A stretch of 64,000 nucleotides of DNA from an uncultured Acidobacteriota bacterium (GTDB lineage: Bacteria; Acidobacteriota; Blastocatellia; RBC074): positions 896,001 through 960,000 of the forward strand of contig CAWCKY010000006.1 of assembly GCA_963796275.1 (NCBI GenBank), given 5' to 3'. Each line of letters begins with the position of its first letter. Positions within the stretch are counted from its first letter, which is position 1. Under the pieces are notes generated by a model. That model saw nothing but the letters and a program-made list of their open reading frames with translations, had not been told where the DNA came from and did no database searches. A program made the position numbers and the translations under genes. This document shows, one piece after another, positions 52,423-64,000 of the stretch.

Positions 52423-53615
52423 TTGAGATGATCCTTACCGAAAAAAATCAGAGTGACCGAAGTCAGAAGGGAGCACTTATCAGGCGGGCAATGCGACTAT
52501 TCCGTTTCCCATCATCTGCCTTTTATCTTCCTTCGGTTTTCTGCCTGTTGATTTTCTGCTCTGCGAATTCTCAATCCCCCGATTCATGGCCGCAATTCCG
52601 CGGCAACTACAATCTGACCGGCATTGCGCGGTCCCAGCCGCCGGCCGATCTTAAACTGCTCTGGACGTATGACGCAGGTGACATTATCGAATCATCTGCC
52701 GCGATCGCCGGCGGCACGGTCTACGTCGGCACCGGCAAAAGCGAGCTGATTTCCGTGGACTTGTCGAGCGGAAAATTGAAATGGAAGTATTCGACCAAGG
52801 AGCCGGTCGGCGATTCATCCCCGGCGGTCGGCGGCGGCATGGTCTTCGTGGGCGATCTTTCCGGGGTCTTTCACGCGGTCAATGCGAGTGACGGTAAGGG
52901 AGTCTGGACTTATAAAACCGGCTCCGAGATCAAATCTTCACCGGTCATCGTCGGAGACCGGGTACTGATAGGTTCCTATGATGGCAGCCTCTATTGTTTC
53001 AACGCGCGCGATGGAAAATCGGTTTGGAGTTTCAAGACCGATAACTTCGTGCACGGAACGCCGGCAGTGGTCGATGGCATCGCCTACATTGCCGGTTGCG
53101 ATGAGATATTCCGGGGAATTCGCGTCAGTGACGGCAAAGAGGTGATGAAGATGCCGGCGGGAGGTTACACCGGAGCGTCGCCGGCTATGGTCGATCAATC
53201 GGCCTATTTCGGTAATTTCAATAACGAAGTGGTCAAATTGAACCTGCGCACGCGCCGGCAGGTTTGGCGTTATTCGCATCCGAGGCGCCAGTTTCCCTTC
53301 TATTCTTCGCCCGCTGTCGTTGACGGAAAGGTGGTGCTCGGCGGCCGCGATAAGATGGTTCACTGTTTGGATGCGGCGACCGGCAAAGCTATCTGGACCT
53401 TTACGACGAAGTCGCGCGTCGAGTCATCGCCGGCGGTATCAGGCGGACGCGTCTATATCGGCTCGAATGACGAACGGTTCTACGTATTGGACCTTGCCAG
53501 GGGAACGAAGTTGTGGGAATTCACGGTCGGCTCGCCCGTCTCGGCGTCCCCCGCTATCGCGAATGGAAAGATTGTGATCGGTTCGCAGGATGGGAAGCTT
53601 TACTGCTTCGGTTAA
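52419..53615 (+). CDS. PQQ-like beta-propeller protein 5 (regular SSP repeats)
   Basis: WPQFRG, about eight SSP.V...V.VG..DG..Y blades; ATGA overlap with the ADH stop (a downstream start is also possible). Confidence 0.88.
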   Translation: MIEMILTEKNQSDRSQKGALIRRAMRLFRFPSSAFYLPSVFCLLIFCSANSQSPDSWPQFRGNYNLTGIARSQPPADLKLLWTYDAGDIIESSAAIAGGTVYVGTGKSELISVDLSSGKLKWKYSTKEPVGDSSPAVGGGMVFVGDLSGVFHAVNASDGKGVWTYKTGSEIKSSPVIVGDRVLIGSYDGSLYCFNARDGKSVWSFKTDNFVHGTPAVVDGIAYIAGCDEIFRGIRVSDGKEVMKMPAGGYTGASPAMVDQSAYFGNFNNEVVKLNLRTRRQVWRYSHPRRQFPFYSSPAVVDGKVVLGGRDKMVHCLDAATGKAIWTFTTKSRVESSPAVSGGRVYIGSNDERFYVLDLARGTKLWEFTVGSPVSASPAIANGKIVIGSQDGKLYCFG

Positions 53616-53756
53616 GCACCGGAGAGATGAGTGCCTCGAGCGGTAGCGATCGAATCATTATCAGCCGGTCAATAACGAAAGTTCGCTCGTTACCGCCCGC
53701 AAAGTTACTGATAGTTCCTCTTCATTACGCCAAGATTACGCCAAGGAGTGCCATCA

Positions 53757-55940
53757 ATGTGTAAACTAGCAATTTTTTGTCTGAAGGCTTTGTGTATCTC
53801 CGCCATTTGCCTTCTAGGCGTCAATCGCTTCATCGCGGATGTCTCTGCCGAGAACGCTCCGCAACCCCTCGCCTCATATAAGATCGAAGTAAAGCTCAAA
53901 CCCGATGAGAGAGAGCGGCCTAAAGATCTCGAGGGCAGGCAAAAGCTGACCTGGCTTAACGATTCACCGGACATTATCAGCGACCTCCAATTTCATCTCT
54001 ATCTCAACGCCTTCAAGAACGAGAAGAGCACATTTTTCAAAGAATCGGGCGGACAATTGCGCGGCGACAGAATTCAGCCGGGCGAATGGGGTTGGATCGA
54101 TATCAAAGAGATGAAGATCGACGGCGGGGAGGATTTGACTTCGAAGATAGAGTTCATTCATCCCGATGATGACAATGCCGATGACCAGACCGTGATTCGC
54201 GTTCCGCTCGCGAAGCCGATCAATCCCGGCGAAAAGATCACGCTCGACATCAAATTTACGGCGAGACTGCCGCGCGTTTTCGCGCGCACCGGTTATTGGG
54301 GCCGGTTCGCCCTGGTTGGACAGTGGTTTCCGAAGATCGGCGTGTGGGAGTCGGCCGGCGAGCGGCGCAGAACAGTCGCCGGGTGGAATTGCCACCAGTT
54401 CCATGCCTATAGCGAGTTTTACGCGGACTTCGGTAATTATGACGTCACAATCACAGTTCCGGCCGCATACAAGGGTAAGATCGGCGCCACCGGCAAATTG
54501 ATATCAGAGATATACAATCAGGATGGTACGCTCAATTACACATTCAGCCAGGCCAACGTCCACGATTTCGCGTGGACGGTCGATCCCAACTATCTGGTCG
54601 TGATCCGCCAATTCAAAGCGGACGAGCAGGTAAAAGATGAGGAGATCAACGAATGGGCGCGCCGTCTGAACCTTTCTCAGGATCAGATCAAACTCAAAGA
54701 TGTTTCGGTCACGTTGTTGATTCAACCGGAACACCGCGAGCAGATCGATCGCCACTTCGCGGCAGCGTTCAGTGCGATTAAGTATTTCGGCCTGTGGTAC
54801 GGGAAATACCCCTACGAAACACTGACCATCGTCGATCCGCCATACAACGGCGGCGGCGCGAGCGGAATGGAATATCCGACATTCATCACCGCGGGCACGT
54901 CGTGGTGGCCCGGGCGCGATCAAAACCCCGAAGGCGTCATCGTCCACGAGTTCGGCCACCAGTTCTGGCAGGGGATGGTTGCCAATAATGAATTCGAAGA
55001 ATCGTGGCTCGATGAGGGATTCAATACGTACTCGACGGCCAAGGTATTGCAGCGGGCATATGGGGCGGATCGGTTTCCCATCAGATTGATGGGCATTCCC
55101 CTGTTCTACCTGCCGGTTGAGATTCCTCATCCATATGAAAATCGCATTTTTACGCTGCAAGGGAAGTTCAATGATCCGATTTTCACGCCGACCTGGAAGT
55201 TTTATGACCAGATGAGCTGGGGGTTGAACTCCTATCCCCGACCCGGGCTGGTTATGAGTACACTCGAAGGTTATCTCGGCGAAGAGATCATGTCGCGCGT
55301 TATGCGCGAGTATCATCAGAAGTGGCGCTACCGGCATCCGGCGTCGCAGGATTTCTTCGACGCGGCCAACGCCGTTACGCGGCAGGACCTCAACTGGTTT
55401 TTCGATCAATTCGTAAAAGGCATCGGTACGCTAGATTATGAGATCGCTGAAGTGAAGAGCGTCCGATCGAGGACGGCGGAGGGGATCTTCGAGAAGGAAG
55501 GGCAGAAGACCGAAGTCAAAGCGGATGAGAGGTTGGAGAGCAGCCAGTCGTTCGAGACCGAGGTGGCGGTGCGCCGCGCCGGCGAAGCTTATTTTCCATA
55601 CGAACTGCTCGTGAAATTTCGCGACGGCAACAAAATTTTTGCCAAACCTATTGCGTTGCGGGAGGGAATGATCGAATATTTGTTCGAAGATACTCGCACC
55701 GGAAGGAAATGGAATGAATCCTGGGTCATCAGTGACCGCTGGAAGAAGTTCAAATTCACGACCCCATCCGAGCTGGAATTCGCACAGCTTGACCCGGAAG
55801 AAAAAATCCTTCTCGATTCGAATTTGACCAACAACAGTAAAACCACCTCTGCATCGGGCGCAGGCGCGGCCACGCGCTGGGCTTCGGGAGCCATGTTCTG
55901 GCTGCAGGCGTTGCTACAGCTCGTTAGCGCTCTGGGGTGA
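53757..55940 (+). CDS. M1 family zinc metallopeptidase, exported
   Basis: FHLYLNAF, QWFPK, EFYADFG, HDFAW, GMEYPT, HEFGH-x18-E (WLDEG); AAGGAG RBS before ATG 53757. Confidence 0.92.
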   Translation: MCKLAIFCLKALCISAICLLGVNRFIADVSAENAPQPLASYKIEVKLKPDERERPKDLEGRQKLTWLNDSPDIISDLQFHLYLNAFKNEKSTFFKESGGQLRGDRIQPGEWGWIDIKEMKIDGGEDLTSKIEFIHPDDDNADDQTVIRVPLAKPINPGEKITLDIKFTARLPRVFARTGYWGRFALVGQWFPKIGVWESAGERRRTVAGWNCHQFHAYSEFYADFGNYDVTITVPAAYKGKIGATGKLISEIYNQDGTLNYTFSQANVHDFAWTVDPNYLVVIRQFKADEQVKDEEINEWARRLNLSQDQIKLKDVSVTLLIQPEHREQIDRHFAAAFSAIKYFGLWYGKYPYETLTIVDPPYNGGGASGMEYPTFITAGTSWWPGRDQNPEGVIVHEFGHQFWQGMVANNEFEESWLDEGFNTYSTAKVLQRAYGADRFPIRLMGIPLFYLPVEIPHPYENRIFTLQGKFNDPIFTPTWKFYDQMSWGLNSYPRPGLVMSTLEGYLGEEIMSRVMREYHQKWRYRHPASQDFFDAANAVTRQDLNWFFDQFVKGIGTLDYEIAEVKSVRSRTAEGIFEKEGQKTEVKADERLESSQSFETEVAVRRAGEAYFPYELLVKFRDGNKIFAKPIALREGMIEYLFEDTRTGRKWNESWVISDRWKKFKFTTPSELEFAQLDPEEKILLDSNLTNNSKTTSASGAGAATRWASGAMFWLQALLQLVSALG

Positions 55941-55953
55941 AGGAGGATGGAGG

Positions 55954-57033
55954 ATGATCAGGTCGTTTTTTATCGGGCTCCTGCACGCCAGCCGGAGCTG
56001 GAAAATGATGCTGCTGCTTCTCGTTGCCAATAATCTATTTACACTCCCGTTAGTCGTGCCCATTTTCTGGCTGGTGGCGCTCACCACTGGCCAAACACTT
56101 ACCGCCGACAGGATGTTCGCCGGTAATCTCGATGCCAGATGGATAATCGATGTCATCAATAATCAACTGCCTGGATTCTCACTCGAATCGACTGGGATAC
56201 AGATCGGCACGTCGATCGCGGTTATGGGCCTCATCTATCTATTGTTGAATACATTCTTGGCTGGCGGAATTATCGAGGTCTTTGCCGTGGATTATGGGCA
56301 TTTCACGATGCGAAGATTCTGGGCAGGCTGCGGCGCATACTTCTGGCGCTTCTTCCGCCTTATGCTTATCTCTTTGTTCTTTTACGGAGGCGCCGGGTTC
56401 ATCTACTTTGTGATACGGGGGACGGTCAACGGCTCTGCCGCACAGTCGACGTCGTATGAATCGTTTCTCTACCAGAGGTGGGGAACGCTGCTGCTACTCA
56501 TCGTGATGTTGGGCTTCGTTAATATGCTCTTCGACTACGCCAAGATCCGTACGGTGGTGGACGATAGCCGAAGTATGTTTCGTGAAACTTTCATTGCCCT
56601 TGGGTTTTCATTGCGGCATTTCCTCAGCGTATCAGTCCTTTATTTGGTTATTGCAATTATCGGCATAGTGCTCTTTCTCTCGCTCGCCTGGTTACGTGAT
56701 TCGATCGATCAATCGTCGATTATTACCCTGATAGCGGCGATATTACTGGGGCAAACGGCGATCGCCGCGCGCATGTGGACGCGGCTGACATTCTATGCGG
56801 CCGAGCTCGATTTTTACCGGCGCTATAAACCGAAAAAGATTCGGCCCCTGCCGTCCGAGCTCACTGCAGATACGGATACTCCTGAGGCGATTGACGAGGG
56901 AGTGGTAGTAGGTGTGGTGTCCGGATTCCGAAATCCGGAATCCTTTATTCCAGCGCCAGAAGAAGAGTTGGAGGCGCATCTGCATTCCCGCTCGATCAAC
57001 CCGCATGAGAGTGAAAATAAGGAGAGCCGATGA
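55954..57033 (+). CDS. Polytopic membrane protein of unknown function
   Basis: About six hydrophobic helices, FL.GG, F..G...YFWRF.RL, DYAKI; GGAGG RBS; acidic tail. Confidence 0.75.
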   Translation: MIRSFFIGLLHASRSWKMMLLLLVANNLFTLPLVVPIFWLVALTTGQTLTADRMFAGNLDARWIIDVINNQLPGFSLESTGIQIGTSIAVMGLIYLLLNTFLAGGIIEVFAVDYGHFTMRRFWAGCGAYFWRFFRLMLISLFFYGGAGFIYFVIRGTVNGSAAQSTSYESFLYQRWGTLLLLIVMLGFVNMLFDYAKIRTVVDDSRSMFRETFIALGFSLRHFLSVSVLYLVIAIIGIVLFLSLAWLRDSIDQSSIITLIAAILLGQTAIAARMWTRLTFYAAELDFYRRYKPKKIRPLPSELTADTDTPEAIDEGVVVGVVSGFRNPESFIPAPEEELEAHLHSRSINPHESENKESR

Positions 57034-57413
57034 AAAAGTTTCGTTCGGCGATGAAGATTCTAATGGCGAGCCTATACATAGCCGCAGGTATTAATCATTT
57101 TCTCCGGCCAGAGATGTATCTGCGCATCATGCCGCCATATCTTCCGTGGCCGATGTTCCTCCAATACCTGGCGGGATTCTTTGAAGTTGTGCTCGGGGTA
57201 TTTCTGTTTTTTCCGAAATACACGCGTCTGGCTGCGTGGGGATTGATCGCCCTCTTGATCGCGGTCTATCCGGCCAATATTCATATGGCGGTTAACAGTC
57301 ATCTTTATCCAGAGTTATCGGCGGTGCTCCTTTGGGCCAGGCTGCCGCTTCAGTTTGTTTTGATCGCCTGGGCATGGTGGTATACGAGGGAAGATTGGGC
57401 GAAAAATCTATGA
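57030..57413 (+). CDS. DoxX/MauE-like membrane protein
   Basis: AG.NHF..P..Y..IMPPYLP, G..E...G, PANI.M, RLPLQ; ATGA overlap. Confidence 0.8.
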   Translation: MKKFRSAMKILMASLYIAAGINHFLRPEMYLRIMPPYLPWPMFLQYLAGFFEVVLGVFLFFPKYTRLAAWGLIALLIAVYPANIHMAVNSHLYPELSAVLLWARLPLQFVLIAWAWWYTREDWAKNL

Positions 57414-57511
57414 CGCCTGGGATATCAGATAAAATATATTTATCTGAGGATAGCGGAGCGTTTGGAGTGCGTCGTCGGGGATAACTACCTGCGAGTTCAT
57501 CACGTTATTTG

Positions 57512-57548
57512 ATATTGTTCTAGCCCACGAAGCGGGCTAGAACAATAT
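57512..57548. terminator. Perfect 15-bp hairpin, probable terminator
   Basis: ATATTGTTCTAGCCC-ACGAAGC-GGGCTAGAACAATAT between convergent units. Confidence 0.55.
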
Positions 57549-57574
57549 TAAGAACTTAATTTCCAGAGTACTTA

Positions 57575-58774
57575 GTACTTTGGCAACTAAGTCTTCAGAT
57601 ATCTTGAATTATCGGGCAAAACGTTCTGATAATGACGATTCAATTTGTTTCTCGCAGACTCGATCGAAAATTGCCAGTTGATTTTGATCTTCTTTTCGTT
57701 ACGTTCTTTGATAATCGCCGAGACATCTCTCTCCAGTTGCTTAATAGTCGGGATGCGCCGGTTTAAACACTGACGCGCCACCGCCGAGAATTCACACTCG
57801 ATCATGTTGAGCCAACTGGCAGACTTGGGCGTATAGTGAAACTCGAAACGTTGCGCCAGCGCAAAGGCCTCCGCCGCCGGCAAGTTTTGATAGAAGGAAC
57901 CGGCGTGGTGGGTGTTTAAATTGTCCAGCACGAGTCGAATCTTTTTGGCCTCCGGATATGCTGCTGCCAGTCTCTGAGCGAACTGCGTGAACTCTTTCTT
58001 AGTACGTTGCCAAGAGACCTGCGCGAGTCTTTGCCCGGTCAGTGGTTCGATGGCAGCTAGCACTGCACACGATCCGTTCTTCTGATAAGCGTAATGCTCT
58101 TTGCGGACTTGGCCGCTTTGCATCGCCAGCGGTTCAACCTCCTCCCCGATCAAGAAGCACGGGCGCTCGTCGAAGCAGACCACCGGGTAGTTTGGATCAT
58201 AGGCCAGCGCATACAACCGGAGAATCTCCTCCATTTGCGCGAGAAACTTCGCGTCGATCTTACCAAGACACCAAGTCTTGTTGAGGTGCGGTTTCAGTTC
58301 GTTTTTTTCAGGATGTTGCCAATATGGGTCTTGGATATCTCTTCGCAATAACCCATCTCGACCACCTTATCGGCCAACAACCGCAAAGTCCAACGCACAT
58401 GCCCTTCGGGCGCTTCGCTGCAGGCCAAGGCTGTGATCTTCGCTCGCAACTTGCCGTCGATCTCCGGCGGACGTCCCGACCGCGGGGCATCTTCCAGGCA
58501 CTTGAGGCCTTGCTCTTTGTACTTATCACGCCAGGCCATGACCGTCACTCGGCTGACGCCGAGGGTTTCGGCTACCGCTTCGAGTGTCTTGCCGCGATCA
58601 AGTTCGAGCAAGCCCGTGGCTCGCTTGAAAGTTTTGGCCGGTAATTTCCCCTTGGAGATCAGGGACTCCAGATAGTCCCGGTCTTTTGCTTTTAATTTGA
58701 CGTGCCGTTTTTTCATTTTCCCATGCTCTGGGAATGGTGATCCGCGTGTCAAATCACATAGTTGCCAAAGTACT
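57575..58774 (-). mobile_element. IS630-family insertion sequence (about 1200 bp)
   Basis: 15-bp terminal inverted repeats GTACTTTGGCAACTA (57575-57589) / TAGTTGCCAAAGTAC (58759-58773), TA on both sides, split transposase inside. Confidence 0.92.
57587..58716 (-). CDS. IS630 transposase, two frames joined by a probable programmed -1 frameshift
   Basis: HTH part (L.D.PRSGRP...ALAC..PEG..RWTLRLLA) ends at an A7 run (58302-58308); DDE part continues NELKPH...CFDE...LDNLNTH...YTPK.ASWLNMIE. Confidence 0.9.
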
Positions 58775-58814
58775 TAGTGGTACAAAAAGTTGACAGCTTA
58801 GTTTGGCGCAAATA

Positions 58815-58894
58815 AGCGGAAGCGAGCGATGCTTTCGCCAAGATTTACTATTTACTACGGAAAATTGCGCTCGCCACCGCTCGCGGTACTGATT
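58815..58894. repeat. Partial copy of the 5220-5307 REP element
   Basis: AGCGGAAGCGAGCG ... CGCTCGCCACCGCTCGCGGTACTGATT; left arm truncated. Confidence 0.75.
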
Positions 58895-58961
58895 CGCTGT
58901 CCAAATGAGTTCGCCAGCGTTATCGCCGCCGGATTTAAATCGCTCTGCCTGAGATTCGTGT

Positions 58962-60566
58962 TTAGCAATCCTCTTTCGTCAACTGATTATCTACCAATCG
59001 CCAGATCCCGTTCGAATTGACATTTCGCAGTTCAACCGGCAGAGCCTCTTGCGGAAAGTTCTGATAGCAGATCGGACGCGCGAAGCGATGAATCGCAGCG
59101 GTGCCGACTGAGGTGAAATGCGGATCGCTAGTCGCCGGATACGGCCCTCCGTGATGCATCGAGGGGCAGACCTCGACTCCGGTCGGGAATCCATTGAAGA
59201 TCAATCGCCCGACTTTGTTTTCAAGAATCGAAACGAGCGATTTGAATTGCTCCAGGTCCTCCGCCGTTCCGTGGATCGTCGCAGTCAGGTGACCGTGAAG
59301 ATTCGATGCAATTCTCTCGATCTCTTCGCGCGACTCGCAGCTTACGACGACGGTCGAGGGCCCAAAAACCTCTTCGCTCATTTCATCGTGCTGGAGGAAG
59401 GTTTGCGCAGTTGTCGAGAACATGGCTGCGCGCGCCTCGGTCTTGGTCAGATCGGCAGTATGATTGGATTGGACTTTATTGACGCCAGCGATCCCGCCGA
59501 TTTGTAGCACCCCGCGTTCGTAAGCCTGCAGGATGCCGGGATTGAGCATCGTTCCGGTCGGAGCATCGGCGATTAACTCACCCAGTCTGCCGACGAAGCC
59601 GAACAAACTCTCGTCGCGCAGACACGCAATCAACCCCGGATTCGTGCAGAATTGTCCCACGCCGGCTGTGACCGAATTCTTCAATCCTTCAGCGATCGCA
59701 TTACCGCGTTCGCGCATGGCTCCTGGCAGAATGAAGATCGGGTTGATGCTGCCCATCTCCGCATAGACCGGTATCGGTTCGGGTCTTGCGGCCGCCGCAT
59801 CGAACAGAGCGCGCCCGCCGCGAAGCGAGCCGGTGAACCCGATGGCTTTCGTGAACGGATGTCTCACCAGGCCGAGCCCAACTTCGTGACCGGCGCCGTG
59901 TAGCAGTGAGAATACGCCGCGCGGCATTTGCGTAGCTTCCACCGCTTTGATGAGAGCTCGGGCCACGAGTTCCGAAGTCCCCGGATGAGCCGGGTGACCT
60001 TTGACGACTACCGGACAACCTGCGGCTAAGGCGGAAGCCGTGTCCCCGCCGGCGACCGAGAAGGCGAAAGGAAAGTTACTCGCGCCGAAGACCGCGACCG
60101 GACCGATGGGAATCATCATCCGCCTGAGGTCAGGTTTCGGCAGCGGCTGGCGATCCGGGATGGCGCGATCTATCCGCGCATCCACCCATTACCCTTCGCG
60201 GATGAGCTCCGCAAACATGCGCAATTGATTGACCGTGCGTCCGCGCTCGCCTATCAAGCGGTCTTTCGGCAATGCGGTTTCAATATGCGCGCGTTCGATC
60301 AGCCCATCGCCCAATGCGACGATCTCATCAGCTATGCGCGTGATGAATACCGCGCGGTCTTCGGTTGACTGCTGCCGGTAAACGTGAAATGCATGCTCGG
60401 CGGCTTCCAATGAGCTATTGATCTGATCGACCGTGGCTTCCTGAAAGCCGGGCTCCAGCTCGCTCCCTTGTGCGGGAGCGAAACCCTTAAATTTTTTGTT
60501 GTTGGTTGATTCAATGCGGCAAGCGATGATGTTTTGTCCGTGAAGTTCCATAACAGTGTTTGTCAT
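58962..60566 (-). CDS. Alpha-ketoglutarate semialdehyde dehydrogenase (NADP+ ALDH); in-frame TAA at 60191-60189
   Basis: GERGRT.NQL..FA...REG*WVDARID...GPVAVFGASNFPFAFSVAGGDTASALAAG...GFTGS...AEMGS.NP...GQFCTNPG...EEVFGP...HGGPYPAT. Confidence 0.88.
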
Positions 60567-60573
60567 CAATATG

Positions 60574-61413
60574 CTAACTTGATTTTTTGACGTGATTGAC
60601 CAATGTTCCGATGGGCGCGATCGTGATGCGGATCTCGTCTCCTGCCTCGAGCGTGAATTCATCGGGCGGGACGATTCCCGTGCCCGTGAGCAGAAAACAC
60701 CCAAAGGGAAAACTGTTGTCGCGGAAGAGATATTCTACGAGCTCTTCCGGCGTCCGCTTGAGTTGGGTGAGATCGGTCTCACCGCGAAATTCGACCGACC
60801 CGCTGCGCACGATCTCCATATGTATGGCGGTCTTAACATCCAGGCTTTCACGCCCTATCAGAATGGCAGGGCCGAGGCCGCAACTTTGCGAATAGACTTT
60901 GGCCTGCGGTAAATAGAGCGGATTCTCGCCCTCGATATCTCGTGAACTCATGTCGTTCCCGATCGTGTACCCGATGATCTGGCCGATAGAGTTGATGACC
61001 AGCGCCAGTTCAGGCTCCGGCACATTCCATTTTGAATCTCCGCGAATGCGAACGTTGCCTCCTGTGCCAACGACCCTATGCGGCGTGGATTTGAAGAACA
61101 ATTCGGGGCGCGGCGCGTCGTACACGCGCTGGTAAAAATCTCCGCCTCCAGCCAATTTCGCTTCTTCCATGCGCGCCGTTCGGCTGCGGTAGTAGGTTAC
61201 GCCGGCGGCCCAGACCTCCTGGCTGCCGATCGGCGCCAGAGCATCCTTCACCGGGTTGAAGTACGCTACGCCGGTTGAGTGACGCGACATACCTGTCAGA
61301 ATGGATTCGTGGTCGTCACGATTGAGCAAGACATCCCAATCGGAAGCAGGCAAGTGATAGAACATCCCGTTGTCTTCAAGCACTGCGCCGTGTCTGGTTT
61401 TATAAAGTTTCAT
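60574..61413 (-). CDS. FAH-family 2-dehydro-3-deoxy-pentonate dehydratase (XylX/KdaD-like)
   Basis: [64 protein letters not shown]; adjacent to the KGSA dehydrogenase. Confidence 0.85.
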   Translation of the reverse strand: MKLYKTRHGAVLEDNGMFYHLPASDWDVLLNRDDHESILTGMSRHSTGVAYFNPVKDALAPIGSQEVWAAGVTYYRSRTARMEEAKLAGGGDFYQRVYDAPRPELFFKSTPHRVVGTGGNVRIRGDSKWNVPEPELALVINSIGQIIGYTIGNDMSSRDIEGENPLYLPQAKVYSQSCGLGPAILIGRESLDVKTAIHMEIVRSGSVEFRGETDLTQLKRTPEELVEYLFRDNSFPFGCFLLTGTGIVPPDEFTLEAGDEIRITIAPIGTLVNHVKKSS

Positions 61414-61718
61414 GCACCGCCCTCGGTTTTTAGAGTGTAGGAATATTTGATGTTTCTTGCGTGATGATGGCAAACTTGACGTTCGGATTGCAAGGGATTC
61501 AGCCAGGCTATTTTGCAATCGGGTGGGGCAGCGGGATCCTGGATAGGTGAATGGAGTAAGAAGTGAAGGGAAGTAGGCAATTTACTGACCGGTCGGATAC
61601 TACTTCTAAAATCTCGAATTTCCATTTAAAATCACAAACACCGGTGCATTTGTCAGACACGAACGTCTGAATATGCGATTCAACCCTGAACCTATAAAAA
61701 ACTCGGGAGGATCTTTCA

Positions 61719-63062
<1,344 letters not shown>

Positions 63063-63065
63063 CAG

Positions 63066-63140
63066 AAATGAAATGCTAATTGCTAAATCGTGAACATCGT
63101 GGCGAGGATTACTAACTATCAACTATCAACTATCAACTAT
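63066..63140. repeat. Heptamer-array element (AACTATC x4) with a degenerate version of the shared core
   Basis: AAATGCTAATTGCTAAA-TCGTGAACATCGTGGCGA...-AACTATCAACTATCAACTATCAACTAT. Confidence 0.7.
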
Positions 63141-63152
63141 AAGGGGTCCTTT

Positions 63153-64000
<848 letters not shown>

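Noticed and set aside
43010-53615. Propellers as true BamB or as active PQQ dehydrogenases
   Set aside because: No evident lipobox or bam/der gene context, and they lack the catalytic motifs seen in the quinoprotein at 1-1531.
60189-60191. In-frame TAA as recoding or an alternative genetic code
   Set aside because: TAA ends many other genes here and no recoding signal is evident; a substitution or error is simpler.

Overview
A 64 kb stretch of ordinary chromosome from a moderately GC-rich bacterium. Gene content points to Acidobacteriota, possibly Blastocatellia (inference): an ADOP permease, an Oar-like TonB-dependent receptor, a PQQ-type quinoprotein plus di-heme cytochrome pair, and many S9 peptidases and PQQ-like beta-propellers. 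In order: quinoprotein + cytochrome c + ADOP permease; MBL hydrolase; TonB-dependent receptor; rfbD; a circularly permuted ATP-grasp / alpha-E / transglutaminase operon whose transglutaminase ends in poly-Gln; a selenocysteine formate dehydrogenase operon (fdnG-fdxH-fdoI-fdhE) with UGA + SECIS; a decayed island of gene fragments at the 3' end of tRNA-Glu; TPR and TolA-like envelope proteins; glpF; two S9 peptidases and a D-aminoacylase; two tandem PPi-type phosphofructokinases and sodC; two carboxypeptidase-regulatory-domain proteins; five secreted PQQ-like beta-propellers with an ankyrin protein and an Fe-alcohol dehydrogenase; an M1 peptidase with two membrane proteins; an intact IS630 element; two Weimberg-pathway genes; a heme c / copper-monooxygenase-like protein; and a truncated amidohydrolase. 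Intergenic DNA is rich in REP-like palindromes and inverted heptamer arrays, some sharing a conserved core. Five genes have single-base frameshifts or a stop, probably consensus errors. No CRISPR array or prophage was seen. All calls rest on motif recognition by eye; no database search was run.
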